The notes below the pieces were generated by a model that worked only from the letters and a program-made list of their open reading frames with translations, did not search any database and had not been told where the DNA came from. From the NCBI GenBank assembly GCA_964459225.1, contig CAYWKB010000003.1, forward strand, positions 1 through 40,453: a DNA stretch of 40,453 nt, in the 5' to 3' direction. This DNA comes from an uncultured Candidatus Saccharibacteria bacterium (GTDB lineage Bacteria > Patescibacteriota > Minisyncoccia > Phycocordibacterales > PALSA-1337). Shown here one piece after another: positions 29,506 through 38,619 of this stretch (position 1 is its first letter; every line of letters starts with the position of its first letter). The position numbers were made by a program, and so were the translations under genes.

Positions 29506-29562
29506 TCATTGATACTAACATTAAAATTTAAAATGGGCACACCATGTGGTGTTCCTATTTTT

Positions 29563-29603
29563 CATTGCTGTCAGACTTGGAATCACCCTCGCCTCTCGTC
29601 GTG
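29563..29603 (-). repeat. att-like copy of the tRNA-Gln 3' end fused to a GC-rich element end (distal junction)
   Basis: CATTGCTGTCAGACTTGGAATC matches the tRNA-Gln 3' end/flank (32570-32591) at 20/22; 29569-29603 matches 32411-32445 at 33/35. Confidence 0.75.
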
Positions 29604-29626
29604 ATATTTTACTTATTAGTTAAATA

Positions 29627-30085
29627 TTATCGTATTTTCTGTAAAGCAAGCCTGGCATAAAATTTTGTATTATCATTTATCGGAGAAATACTTTCTATCT
29701 CATTTAAATTACACCACTTCCATTCATCAGTAGGTTTTTCTGGTATAACAGCGTCGGTGCTAGACTTTGCAAAAAAGACAAAGCATATATGCTCATGTGT
29801 CGGACTCATTCTTAGTCTACTAATGCTTACAGGCAACTTTATTTCTCTATAATCCTCACCCAAACTAGGAATATACTCACCAGAATTAGCGATTATTTCA
29901 ATATCCAAACCAACCTCTTCCTTAACCTCTCTTATAGCCGCTTCAACTGGATCCTCGTCCAACTCTACATGTCCGCCAACAGACAGCCATATATTATATT
30001 TATCATGCTTCCTGAGTAAGACTTTATCTTTATAGACAACAAAGGTTTCAGAAACAAAATCAATTTTTTCATGGATATGTGGCAT
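29627..30085 (-). CDS. NUDIX hydrolase
   Basis: GGHVELDEDPVEAAIREVKEEVG. Confidence 0.92.
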   Translation of the reverse strand: MPHIHEKIDFVSETFVVYKDKVLLRKHDKYNIWLSVGGHVELDEDPVEAAIREVKEEVGLDIEIIANSGEYIPSLGEDYREIKLPVSISRLRMSPTHEHICFVFFAKSSTDAVIPEKPTDEWKWCNLNEIESISPINDNTKFYARLALQKIR

Positions 30086-30323
30086 AGATTGATTATATAG
30101 TATTAATTGTATTATAGATATAATTATTTATTTATCCAAAATGTTTTCTAAAATTTCCTTCCTTGTATTAGCCCTTTCTAGGTTTGGGCTATTAACTTAT
30201 CTTTATTAGGTATTGTATCTACATGTATCAAATACTGAATGAAGGACTTATGTTTAAGAAAAGGGATTTGCTGACATGTTTGAAGAGTAAAATTGACTGG
30301 AAAAAAGATAAATTTAAATTGAT

Positions 30324-30935
30324 TTATCTTTTGAGTTTATCAATTAGGGATTGACTTTCTCCTGCTTGTTTTTTACGGTTTGCCAAAGTTGTTTTGATTA
30401 TGTTGATTATTGAACCATTGTATCCAGACACATCTTTAGAAACCCATTCAAGATTCTGTTTGATGTCTCTAACATCCTTTTCCATTAGAGCATTGATCTT
30501 ATCTGCATCCTTCTCCACTGTTTGATACGTAAGTACTAATTCATTATTTCTAACATCAGCATCAGGTGTTCCTGAAAGTGAATAGGTTGAAGGTTGGCAT
30601 TTAAATAATTCTGACTCACCGTCAAACGGAACCCTGACTGTAAGATGAAGACCTGTTACAGTATATTCTCGATCATCTATGAATCCAGATCTACGCCCAC
30701 CAACTGTCACAGGGCCTTCTGAGGCATCGACTTTTATATCTAACTCTTTTAAGATAGGAGGTTTAATTGAATGCCGATTCGCAAATTCGTCTGCAGCTTT
30801 TGAGTCTTCAATATTCTGCAATTCGCTAAAGTTTAAGCCATTTATTTCTTCCAGTAATCTTTCTGCGCGAGTACGCAAATAGGCACCTAGGTCTGTACCC
30901 CTGAAAAGCGAATTTGAATATCCTCGTCTAAACAT
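30324..30935 (-). CDS. Hypothetical protein (203 aa)
   Basis: Long ATG-started ORF; VPFDGESELFKCQPST motif; no catalytic motif seen. Confidence 0.75.
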   Translation of the reverse strand: MFRRGYSNSLFRGTDLGAYLRTRAERLLEEINGLNFSELQNIEDSKAADEFANRHSIKPPILKELDIKVDASEGPVTVGGRRSGFIDDREYTVTGLHLTVRVPFDGESELFKCQPSTYSLSGTPDADVRNNELVLTYQTVEKDADKINALMEKDVRDIKQNLEWVSKDVSGYNGSIINIIKTTLANRKKQAGESQSLIDKLKR

Positions 30936-30959
30936 GGATCAATTATATCAAAAACCCTC

Positions 30960-31802
30960 TCAAGATGCAGGTGATTCTTTCGAAGCCTCTATTCTTACTG
31001 GTAGATCAGTCATGGCGTAATGTACAAATTGTTTGCCTAATTCGGTCAATTCATACAAATCTTCATCATCAAATGCTGAAGTAAGCGGTTTCGGCCCAGA
31101 TCCCTTTTGACGTCTTTGTGGCGTCTTTGGAACAGGTTTGCCGTAATAATCAAATTCGACATGTTGGCGGATAACACTTCCGGTACTTAAATCTCTAAAA
31201 AGAAGTCTGAAAAGATCCGCATCGGCAGAACTTTCAGCCACTTCTTGCTTACCTAACTCAACCCACACTCCTCCTCGAGAAATACCTTCGCGGTAATGTT
31301 TATATATAATCGTAATCACCTTAAAATGGAGCTCTGAATAGACTCTTAGCCAATCGATGAACAACCGCACAACATCGTCACTGGATAGTTCACTTGCAGC
31401 AGCATTCGAAAGAATATTTCTAATATATTGTCTTTTCTCTTCACTCTCGGCACCAGACCATTCACGAAAGGTTTTCTTCAGTAAAGATTGGAATTCCTTG
31501 CTCTCGATTCGAGCGGCTATTTTTTCATCATGTAAGTCGAGACGTGCCATTATCTCAAAAATGGTTTGTTCTTTCTCTTTGATTTCATCTTCAAGCATCT
31601 TAATCCATGCCTTAAAGAATTTGTTTACTTTATCTTGTTCATTTTCAGACCAAGCGCTCGCCACAGCTGACAAAAAACTTCCGACAACAGGAGCGACTGT
31701 ACTGACAACGCCGCCAACCATTTGCATACTACCCCTTACAACTTTGGGTAGTTCACCTTCTCTTGGAAATTCATCGTCTTTACTTGTCATATTATTTGTC
31801 AT
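30960..31802 (-). CDS. Hypothetical protein (280 aa), weakly Abi-alpha/DUF4393-like
   Basis: Helical N-terminus, SEEKRQYIRNILSNAA, C-terminal YELTELGKQFV (wHTH-like); family call is tentative. Confidence 0.65.
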   Translation of the reverse strand: MTNNMTSKDDEFPREGELPKVVRGSMQMVGGVVSTVAPVVGSFLSAVASAWSENEQDKVNKFFKAWIKMLEDEIKEKEQTIFEIMARLDLHDEKIAARIESKEFQSLLKKTFREWSGAESEEKRQYIRNILSNAAASELSSDDVVRLFIDWLRVYSELHFKVITIIYKHYREGISRGGVWVELGKQEVAESSADADLFRLLFRDLSTGSVIRQHVEFDYYGKPVPKTPQRRQKGSGPKPLTSAFDDEDLYELTELGKQFVHYAMTDLPVRIEASKESPAS

Positions 31803-31875
31803 GTTACTTAATAGTATAGCTTATGTACTGTGCTGACCAATATCTCCAAACTTGTAATCGCCCTATTTTTATTTA

Positions 31876-32361
31876 TTAAATATTATTACTTGGACCATCA
31901 AGTTTTGATTCTTTGGAAAGAATAAACCTAATCTTTTTTTCAGATTCGGGACCCATGAGCTTTCCAAACTTAATAAGAATTGCATCATTTCCAGCCTGTG
32001 AAAATGACAAAAGAATAATTCTTAGAAATAATTTAATTTTAGAAAGAAAACTATTTGAACTCTTTAGATATTCCTTTGATATAAACCCATTTTTAAGATG
32101 GTTAATAATTGAGTTTCTTAAAAATTTTCCATATAACTCAATTATCAAGACTTTGTCCACCTCTTCTCTATTATACAGACTCAAAAACCATGGTTTCATA
32201 TATTCATAATATACATGAATATCTTTTTCACTTTGTCTGTATAATTTAGTCGTACTGTTAATTAAGGTTTCGTATGCATACTCAGCATCAACAACAGCTT
32301 CAAATGTTTTAATTTCTGGCAACACAATTGTATCTTCTTTTACTATTCTAGGAAAATTCAT
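31876..32361 (-). CDS. Hypothetical protein (161 aa)
   Basis: AT-rich ATG-started ORF; no motif. Confidence 0.65.
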   Translation of the reverse strand: MNFPRIVKEDTIVLPEIKTFEAVVDAEYAYETLINSTTKLYRQSEKDIHVYYEYMKPWFLSLYNREEVDKVLIIELYGKFLRNSIINHLKNGFISKEYLKSSNSFLSKIKLFLRIILLSFSQAGNDAILIKFGKLMGPESEKKIRFILSKESKLDGPSNNI

Positions 32362-32410
32362 ATTAACTAAATATATCTTATTGATTATGAAAAATCTACA
32401 CCCAACTGCT

Positions 32411-32445
32411 TGTCATACTTGGAATCGCCCTCGCCTCTCGTCGTG
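32411..32445 (-). repeat. Second att-like tRNA-Gln 3'-end copy with the same GC-rich element end (proximal junction)
   Basis: TGTCATACTTGGAATCGCCCTCGCCTCTCGTCGTG, 33/35 identical to 29569-29603. Confidence 0.75.
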
Positions 32446-32574
32446 CCGTCGCACTCCTCGGGCTGGGCACCGGCTCGCGGTTCGTCCTACTGGACTTACA
32501 ACGCTCCGCCGTTCTCATCCAACTCCGAACAGTATGCTCATTTCGAATGACAAAGTCATTCTCAATGATCATTG

Positions 32575-32645
32575 CTGCCGGACTTGGAATCGAACCAAAA
32601 TTAGAAGCTTCAAAGGCTCCTGTCCTACCATTAGACGATCCGGCA
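32575..32645 (-). tRNA. tRNA-Gln(UUG)
   Basis: TGCCGGA acceptor stem, GGAGC-CTTTGAA-GCTTC anticodon arm, TTCGATT T-loop; CCA not encoded. Confidence 0.95.
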
Positions 32646-32715
32646 AAATAGAACAGACTTATATTAACCCGTAAATCCCTAATACACAAGACAGTTAATC
32701 ATAATCTAATACAAA

Positions 32716-32759
32716 AGAAAATCGCATACATAATACCCCTAAAATGAATGCGATTTTCT
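32716..32759. terminator. Inverted repeat downstream of pyrG
   Basis: AGAAAATCGCAT...ATGCGATTTTCT, 12-bp arms with a 20-nt loop. Confidence 0.5.
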
Positions 32760-32854
32760 GGCTATATTTCGACCTTTGTTATTTCAGTATATTTTATAGT
32801 GATGAAATCCGTATAAAATCTTAATAAAATCAAAATGAAATTTTTATTTAGATT

Positions 32855-34555
32855 TTATCTGTTTTTGCTGTCTTTTTCCCCTCTTTGCTTTGATGCTTTA
32901 ACAAAAGCAGTAAATAGTGGATGTGGTCTAAGTGGTCTTGCTAGGAATTCTGGATGAAATTGTGTTCCTAAGAAAAATGGATGCACTGTCTTTGGTAGCT
33001 CTGCTATTTCCATAAGTTTTCCATCTGGTGATGTACTTGAAAATACTAATCCTGCATTTACCAATCTTTCAATGTATTCATGATTTACTTCATATCTATG
33101 TCTATGTCTTTCTTCTATTATTTCACTACCATATGAATCATATGCTATTGTTCCTTTTTTAACTATTGATTTATAGAGTCCCAATCTCATACTTCCTCCA
33201 TAGTCTTTGTTTTCCAATTTCTTTTTTTGATCTGGCATTATATCGATAATTATATAGGATGCTTTTGAATCTATTTCGGCGGTGTTTGCCCCTTTTAATT
33301 TCAAAACATTTCTAGCATATTCTATAGTCATAAGTTGCATACCGTAACACAATCCGAAATATGGTATTTTATTTTCTCTTGCATATTTGATTACATTTAA
33401 CTTTCCCTCTATTCCCTTTTCGCCAAATCCTCCTGGAACTATTATTCCATCAAACATATCCAAAATACTGTAATCTGGATTTGCTATTTCAAAATCATTT
33501 GCATTTATTGTATGTATTTTTGGTTTTACTTTTTCTGAATATGCTGAATATTTTATTGCTTCTAGAACAGAAACATATGCATCAGTAAGTACAAAGTCCC
33601 CAGTACTGAAGTATTTACCAACAATTGCTATATTTACTTCCTTTTCAGTTGTCTTTACTGCATTTGCAAACTTTGACCAAGCTGCAAGTCCTGTTCCCTT
33701 TCTTTCTTTTAATTTCAAAGATTTGATAAGTAATTCACCGAGTTTATCTTTTTCAAAATTTATTGGAACATCATATACACTATCAATATCTGGTGCTGAA
33801 ATTACATTTTCAAGTGGAATATTACATGCTATCCCTATTTTTTCTTTTCTTTTTTTATCTATTGGAACTTCTGAGCGACCGATAATAAAATCAGTGTGAA
33901 CTCCATAACTTGCTAGTTGATGAACTGCGTTTTGTGTTGGTCTACTTTTCATCTCCCCAATCTTTGAAGGAATTGGTAAATAACTTACCATAATAAATAT
34001 TACATCATCTGGATGTTTAATCTTTAAAACTCTTGCTGCTTCGATGAACATAATATTTTGATAATCTCCTACTGTTCCGCCGATTTCAATTATTGAAATT
34101 TCAGACTCATTTAATTGTGCTGCCTTTTCAAATCTATGAACTATTTCATCTCTTATATGAGGAACTGCTTCTACACATTTACCGGCAAAACCAAGATTTC
34201 TTTCTTTATCTATTACATGTTTATAAACCATACCTGATGTTATATAGTCATCATGCATAAGATCACGATTTAGAAATCTTTCATAATTTCCCATATCCTG
34301 ATCAGTTTCTAGTCCAGAATTTAAAACAAAAACCTCACCATGCTCAGTTGGATTCATTGTACCCGCATCAACATTTAGATACGGATCTACTTTTGCTAGA
34401 TTTACTATAAATCCTTTTGATTGAAGCAGTGTACCAATAGATGAAGCTGCAATACCCTTACCCACCCCTGACATCACACCACCGACGACAAAAATATATT
34501 TATGACTTTGCTTTCCCTTTCTTACTTTCTTTTCACCTACTTTCTTGTCTTTCAT
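32855..34555 (-). CDS. pyrG: CTP synthase
   Basis: GGVMSGVGKG, KVDPYLNVDAGTMNPTEHGEVFV, GLCYGMQ, RHRHRYEVN, TQFHPEF. Confidence 0.99.
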   Translation of the reverse strand: MKDKKVGEKKVRKGKQSHKYIFVVGGVMSGVGKGIAASSIGTLLQSKGFIVNLAKVDPYLNVDAGTMNPTEHGEVFVLNSGLETDQDMGNYERFLNRDLMHDDYITSGMVYKHVIDKERNLGFAGKCVEAVPHIRDEIVHRFEKAAQLNESEISIIEIGGTVGDYQNIMFIEAARVLKIKHPDDVIFIMVSYLPIPSKIGEMKSRPTQNAVHQLASYGVHTDFIIGRSEVPIDKKRKEKIGIACNIPLENVISAPDIDSVYDVPINFEKDKLGELLIKSLKLKERKGTGLAAWSKFANAVKTTEKEVNIAIVGKYFSTGDFVLTDAYVSVLEAIKYSAYSEKVKPKIHTINANDFEIANPDYSILDMFDGIIVPGGFGEKGIEGKLNVIKYARENKIPYFGLCYGMQLMTIEYARNVLKLKGANTAEIDSKASYIIIDIMPDQKKKLENKDYGGSMRLGLYKSIVKKGTIAYDSYGSEIIEERHRHRYEVNHEYIERLVNAGLVFSSTSPDGKLMEIAELPKTVHPFFLGTQFHPEFLARPLRPHPLFTAFVKASKQRGEKDSKNR

Positions 34556-34581
34556 TTCGGAATAAATTAATTTTAATGATT

Positions 34582-35538
34582 CTATTGTATCAAATATCTT
34601 TTAACTGCCAAGTAACTAGATATTGCTCCCAAAATTATTCCTGAACCCATGATTATGGCAAAGATTTGTCCAAAATAACTCATAAAATAACTTGAAAATA
34701 CATTTATAATTAATGAAAAGTCCTGCACCCCAGAAACCCCAACAAATTTAGTTATCACTGAGTCGCTATAAAATGCAAATAATCTGAGTATTATAAGTGT
34801 TAATACCGCTGAAAATACTCCGTACATAATTCCTGAAACTACAAACGGACCTCGTATATATAGATGTGATGCTCCCACAAGCTTCATCACTGATATTTCA
34901 TCTTTTGCTGTGAATATAATTAATCTAATGGTATTAAATGTAACTATTATCGCCACTATAACAAGTATAATTATTGTGACTGTACCTGCTTTTTCGATTG
35001 CTGGTATTATGCGTCCGAGTCTATCTATGATTAATTTATTTTGATTATAATTAACTTTATCTACTATACTTACACCTGATTTTGATAAAGCATTTTTGCT
35101 ATCTAAAAATCTAGCTATGCCTGCGTATTGTGATGGTTCTTTTGCTTTAATATTTAAAATAGCACGAAAGGGATTTGTACCTATTTCATCCAAGCCTTGC
35201 ATCATCAAAGTATTATCCTTCCATTTATCTTTAAAATCTGACAGGGCTTGATCTCTTGAAATATATTCAACCTTTGAAACTTCTGGTAAACTCTCGATTG
35301 TTTTTTTTAAATTTAAAATATCTGTCTCCTCAGAATCAATTACAAAATAAACATTAATATCCACTTTATTTTTAACTTCTTTAATCAAAGTCCTTCCAAA
35401 AGCAGAACTAAATATAAGTCCTCCAAATACAACAAGCGAAAGTGTTAAAACTACAATAGCAGAAAATGACAGGAAGCCATTTCTCCAAAAATTTATAAAG
35501 CCTGATCTTACTATTCTTTTAAAACTTGTTAATATCAT
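34582..35538 (-). CDS. ftsX: Cell division permease FtsX
   Basis: FWRNGFLS, FNTIRLIIF, EISVMKLVGA...IRGPF; adjacent to ftsE. Confidence 0.93.
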   Translation of the reverse strand: MILTSFKRIVRSGFINFWRNGFLSFSAIVVLTLSLVVFGGLIFSSAFGRTLIKEVKNKVDINVYFVIDSEETDILNLKKTIESLPEVSKVEYISRDQALSDFKDKWKDNTLMMQGLDEIGTNPFRAILNIKAKEPSQYAGIARFLDSKNALSKSGVSIVDKVNYNQNKLIIDRLGRIIPAIEKAGTVTIIILVIVAIIVTFNTIRLIIFTAKDEISVMKLVGASHLYIRGPFVVSGIMYGVFSAVLTLIILRLFAFYSDSVITKFVGVSGVQDFSLIINVFSSYFMSYFGQIFAIIMGSGIILGAISSYLAVKRYLIQ

Positions 35539-35544
35539 AATATT

Positions 35545-36234
35545 TTATAGTACAAATTTACCATTTTTATCATCACGAATAATTTTGCCTTTTTCCATTG
35601 TTATTACCCTGCCACCTATTTCCTCTACCACTCCTTTATTATGAGTTGTGAGTAGTACAGTTGTGCCTAGTTTATGAATCTTTTGTAATATCTTAATTAT
35701 TTCAAATGTATTTATTGGATCAAGATTACCAGTTGGCTCATCTGCAATAATAATATCTGGTTGTGTAACTATAGCCCTCGCTATTGCCACGCGTTGTTTT
35801 TCGCCTCCTGATAATTCATGAGGGAAACTCCATATCTTTTTGCCCAAATCAACTAATTCCAAAACATGAGGAACATCTGATGAAATCTCACTATCTGTCC
35901 TACCTGCAGCCTCCATTGCAAATGCGATATTTTCGTATGCGGTCTTATTTGGTATCAATCTATAATCTTGAAAAACCATACCTATTCGTCTTCGGAGTTT
36001 ATTCATTTGATTTTTCTTGAGTTTATGAATATTTGCACTTTCAAAAAAGACAGCACCCTCAGTTGGTTTGTCTTCTGCTATTAGCATTTTCATTAGTGTT
36101 GTCTTACCTGCACCTGAATGACCAACAATGGTTATGAATTCATTTGGTTCAACACCAAAACTGACTTCGTCTAATGCAATACTTTCGTCTGGATATATTT
36201 TGCTTACCTTATCGAAATAAATCATACTAGGCAT
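35545..36234 (-). CDS. ftsE: Cell division ATP-binding protein FtsE
   Basis: [43 protein letters not shown]. Confidence 0.95.
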   Translation of the reverse strand: MPSMIYFDKVSKIYPDESIALDEVSFGVEPNEFITIVGHSGAGKTTLMKMLIAEDKPTEGAVFFESANIHKLKKNQMNKLRRRIGMVFQDYRLIPNKTAYENIAFAMEAAGRTDSEISSDVPHVLELVDLGKKIWSFPHELSGGEKQRVAIARAIVTQPDIIIADEPTGNLDPINTFEIIKILQKIHKLGTTVLLTTHNKGVVEEIGGRVITMEKGKIIRDDKNGKFVL

Positions 36235-36238
36235 TATA

Positions 36239-37123
36239 TCATAATGTTCTTTCTGCCTCTAGAAATTCGTCCAAATCTCCCTCTAAGACTTTTTCAACTT
36301 GCGATGTTTCTACATTTGTCCTATGATCTTTGACCATTTTGTATGGATGAAGTACATACGATCGTATTTGATTTCCCCATTCTATTGATGTTGTCTTGCT
36401 TATATACATTCCTTTTTCTTTTGCTTTTCTTTCATCTTCCATTTGTTTAAAAAGTTTGCCTTTCAAAATATCTAATGCTTTTTCTTTATTTTGTGCTTGT
36501 GATCTTTCGGATGTGACATGTACTGATAGACCGGTTGGCTTATGTACTATTCTAACGGCAGTCTCTCTCTTATTTACATTTTGTCCTCCTGGACCTCCTG
36601 ATTTTGCTATTGAAATTTCAATATCTTTTTCAGGAATTTCAAAATCAGCGCTATTTACTTTTTCAAATTTTGGAATTATTTCAACCATAGAAAAAGAAGT
36701 ATGACGCAATTGCTTTGCATTAAATGGTGAAATCCTCACAAGTCTATGAACACCGCTTTCATTTTTCAATGTGCCGTAAACATTTTTACCTGAAATCTCA
36801 ACTGTAATATTTCTATATCCTCCATGATCATTTGTATGTTCATGCAAAATTTCCATACCCCATCCTTTGTTTTCTGACAATTTTCTATACATTCTAAATA
36901 GTATCGCTGAAAAGTCTTCAGCATCATCTCCTCCTGCACCAGAAAAAATAGTCATAATAGCATCTCCTTTATCAAATTTACCTATACCTTCGAGTGCATC
37001 CTTTTGCTCCTGCAATTCCTTTATCATTGATTGAGCTTTTTCTGAATTATTCCAAAAATCAGGCATTTGCATTGCCATTTCAATTTCAGAAATTCTTTCT
37101 ATTATTTTCTGCTTTGCTTCCAT
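36239..37123 (-). CDS. prfB: Peptide chain release factor 2 (short, 294 aa; no programmed frameshift)
   Basis: SPF specificity motif (RISPFNA), [22 protein letters not shown]. Confidence 0.95.
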   Translation of the reverse strand: MEAKQKIIERISEIEMAMQMPDFWNNSEKAQSMIKELQEQKDALEGIGKFDKGDAIMTIFSGAGGDDAEDFSAILFRMYRKLSENKGWGMEILHEHTNDHGGYRNITVEISGKNVYGTLKNESGVHRLVRISPFNAKQLRHTSFSMVEIIPKFEKVNSADFEIPEKDIEISIAKSGGPGGQNVNKRETAVRIVHKPTGLSVHVTSERSQAQNKEKALDILKGKLFKQMEDERKAKEKGMYISKTTSIEWGNQIRSYVLHPYKMVKDHRTNVETSQVEKVLEGDLDEFLEAERTL

Positions 37124-37135
37124 ATATTAAGAATA

Positions 37136-37384
37136 CTATATTGCACCCTCTTTGCGAAGTATTTTTATTTTATTATTATTTCCCCTATTATATCCACCAG
37201 TCTTACCATCACTTCTTACAACTCTATGACATGGAATTTTGCTATTGTAATTTTTATTTAAAATATTTCCTACAGCCCTATATGCTTTAGGATTACCAGC
37301 AAGTATTGCCACCTGCTTATATGTCATGGTGTGACCTTTTTTTATTGACTTTGTTATTTCAAATACTTTTTCTTTAAAATTCAT
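37136..37384 (-). CDS. MGMT (O6-alkylguanine-DNA alkyltransferase) family protein, single domain
   Basis: YRAVGN and active-site IPCHRVV; ATG at 37384 (the ORF-track start overlaps the tRNA). Confidence 0.9.
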   Translation of the reverse strand: MNFKEKVFEITKSIKKGHTMTYKQVAILAGNPKAYRAVGNILNKNYNSKIPCHRVVRSDGKTGGYNRGNNNKIKILRKEGAI

Positions 37385-37399
37385 TTTATTTATTTTAAG

Positions 37400-37470
37400 A
37401 GCCAAAGATGAGAATCGGACTCATGTTCTCGCTTTACGAAAGCGATGTTCTGCCACTGAACTACTTTGGC
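37400..37470 (-). tRNA. tRNA-Thr(CGU)
   Basis: GCCAAAG/CTTTGGC acceptor stem, TCGCT-TTCGTAA-AGCGA anticodon arm; T-loop reads TCCGATT. Confidence 0.9.
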
Positions 37471-37471
37471 A

Positions 37472-38143
37472 TTAATTCCCTTTCAAAATATCTGCATGAA
37501 AAAACCATGCTCCTAAAACAGCTAAAAGTGTACCGAAAACTCCGACAATAGCTACAATGGTGAATTTGCCAGATATTAGCAAATCACCAAACAATATATA
37601 GAGTACTACAAGAAATGCATGTACTGAAATATGTACAACTATAAAAAACCAAAAGTTGATTTTTGTTAATCCTGCGGCATATGCAAATATATCCATAAAT
37701 CCAGCAAAAAATATCCTTGCTCTAATAAATTTCTTTCTATCACTCAACTGTTCAACAACTTTTTCAAGCATTGGTATTTGACCATTTCCTGTGAAATAGT
37801 GAAGTACTGATCTACCGAACTTTCTACTAATCCAAAATGCTATTGAGGAACCGATAGCATCTCCCAGTAAACTAAAAAATAATCCTTTCCAAAATCCGAA
37901 TAAAGCCCCAGCTATAGGATAGATAATTGTTCCACCCAAAGGTGCAACTACAATTGTTGTTGCTTTTAGAATAATTAAAATCACTGGTGCAAATACACCC
38001 GCAGTTTCTACTTTTTCTCTAAGACTATTCAAGCCTAAAGTAACGGTCAAATAATATGCTATTCCTATAGTAATAATTATGATTAATATATTCCTAATAG
38101 TATCTCTTAATGATGGGGGCTTTATTCCTTCGGTATTATCCAT
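37472..38143 (-). CDS. TVP38/TMEM64 (VTT/SNARE-associated, YdjX-like) membrane protein
   Basis: APLGG...AGALFGFWKG...GSSIAFWISRKFGR, AYAAGLTKI. Confidence 0.88.
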   Translation of the reverse strand: MDNTEGIKPPSLRDTIRNILIIIITIGIAYYLTVTLGLNSLREKVETAGVFAPVILIILKATTIVVAPLGGTIIYPIAGALFGFWKGLFFSLLGDAIGSSIAFWISRKFGRSVLHYFTGNGQIPMLEKVVEQLSDRKKFIRARIFFAGFMDIFAYAAGLTKINFWFFIVVHISVHAFLVVLYILFGDLLISGKFTIVAIVGVFGTLLAVLGAWFFHADILKGN

Positions 38144-38203
38144 AAATTATTTATTGTCTAAAAGTATAACAAAATTATAAATTGAAGTCATATAAATCAA
38201 CTG

Positions 38204-38489
38204 AGCCGTTGTCCGGGATTGAACCGGAGACCTCGTCATTCACATATACCTTTACTTCGTTATATTATACACAACTTATAAAAGGGTTAGACTGTATCTT
38301 GCGCATATCTTTTGATTTAGCGTCCCTTGTCAGTCGTTCGGGCGACAATATTAATATTACTTATCGCCACGGTCTTACCCATTTGTATTGCATGGACTTT
38401 AACCGTAATTCGGGTTTCATCATTTCGTTTCCAAAATGAAGGGCTATCGGATAACCAATGACGTGCTCTACCAACTGAGCTACAACGGC
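38204..38489 (-). tRNA. tRNA-Thr(GGU), split by an intron (exon 1 38489-38454, exon 2 38240-38204)
   Basis: Joined exons give GCCGTTG...CGTCA-TTGGTAA-TGACG...TCCGG-TTCAATC-CCGGA-CAACGGC-T, a perfect cloverleaf. Confidence 0.93.
38241..38453 (-). ncRNA. Group I self-splicing intron (213 nt) between tRNA positions 36 and 37
   Basis: P1 GGU|UAU-CCG-AUAGCC with a U-G pair at the 5' splice site; terminal G; P2 with GAAA loop; P4 UACGGU/ACCGUG; P7 elements CGAACGACUG and AAGAUACAGUCU; no ORF inside. Confidence 0.88.
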
Positions 38490-38619
38490 TTTCTACTTTT
38501 CCATACTAACACATTTATAGGGATGTGTTTACTGTATTTTGAGTTCTAGTTTAAATTATGACCATAAAAGAGATGTACTTAAGCACAAAACATGAAAATT
38601 ATACTGATACTCTACAATA

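Larger units (their letters stand above)
29563..32575. mobile_element. Putative ~3 kb island integrated at the tRNA-Gln 3' end; no integrase seen
   Basis: Bounded by tRNA-Gln and a degenerate copy of its 3' end; carries four accessory ORFs. Confidence 0.55.

Noticed and set aside
32460-32520. Hammerhead ribozyme suggested by GTCC-AGTA-GGAC-GAAC
   Set aside because: Lacks the CUGANGA core and has GAAC rather than GAAA
32381-32689. 97-aa ORFs on both strands over tRNA-Gln
   Set aside because: They overlap a clear tRNA and the GC-rich att element; no protein features
37123-37160. Programmed +1 frameshift in prfB
   Set aside because: No CTT-TGA-C site, and no upstream exon space because the MGMT gene ends 12 nt upstream
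38182-38439. 85-aa ORF as an intron-encoded homing endonuclease
   Set aside because: Antisense to the intron, extends through the tRNA exon, and has no LAGLIDADG, HNH or GIY-YIG motif
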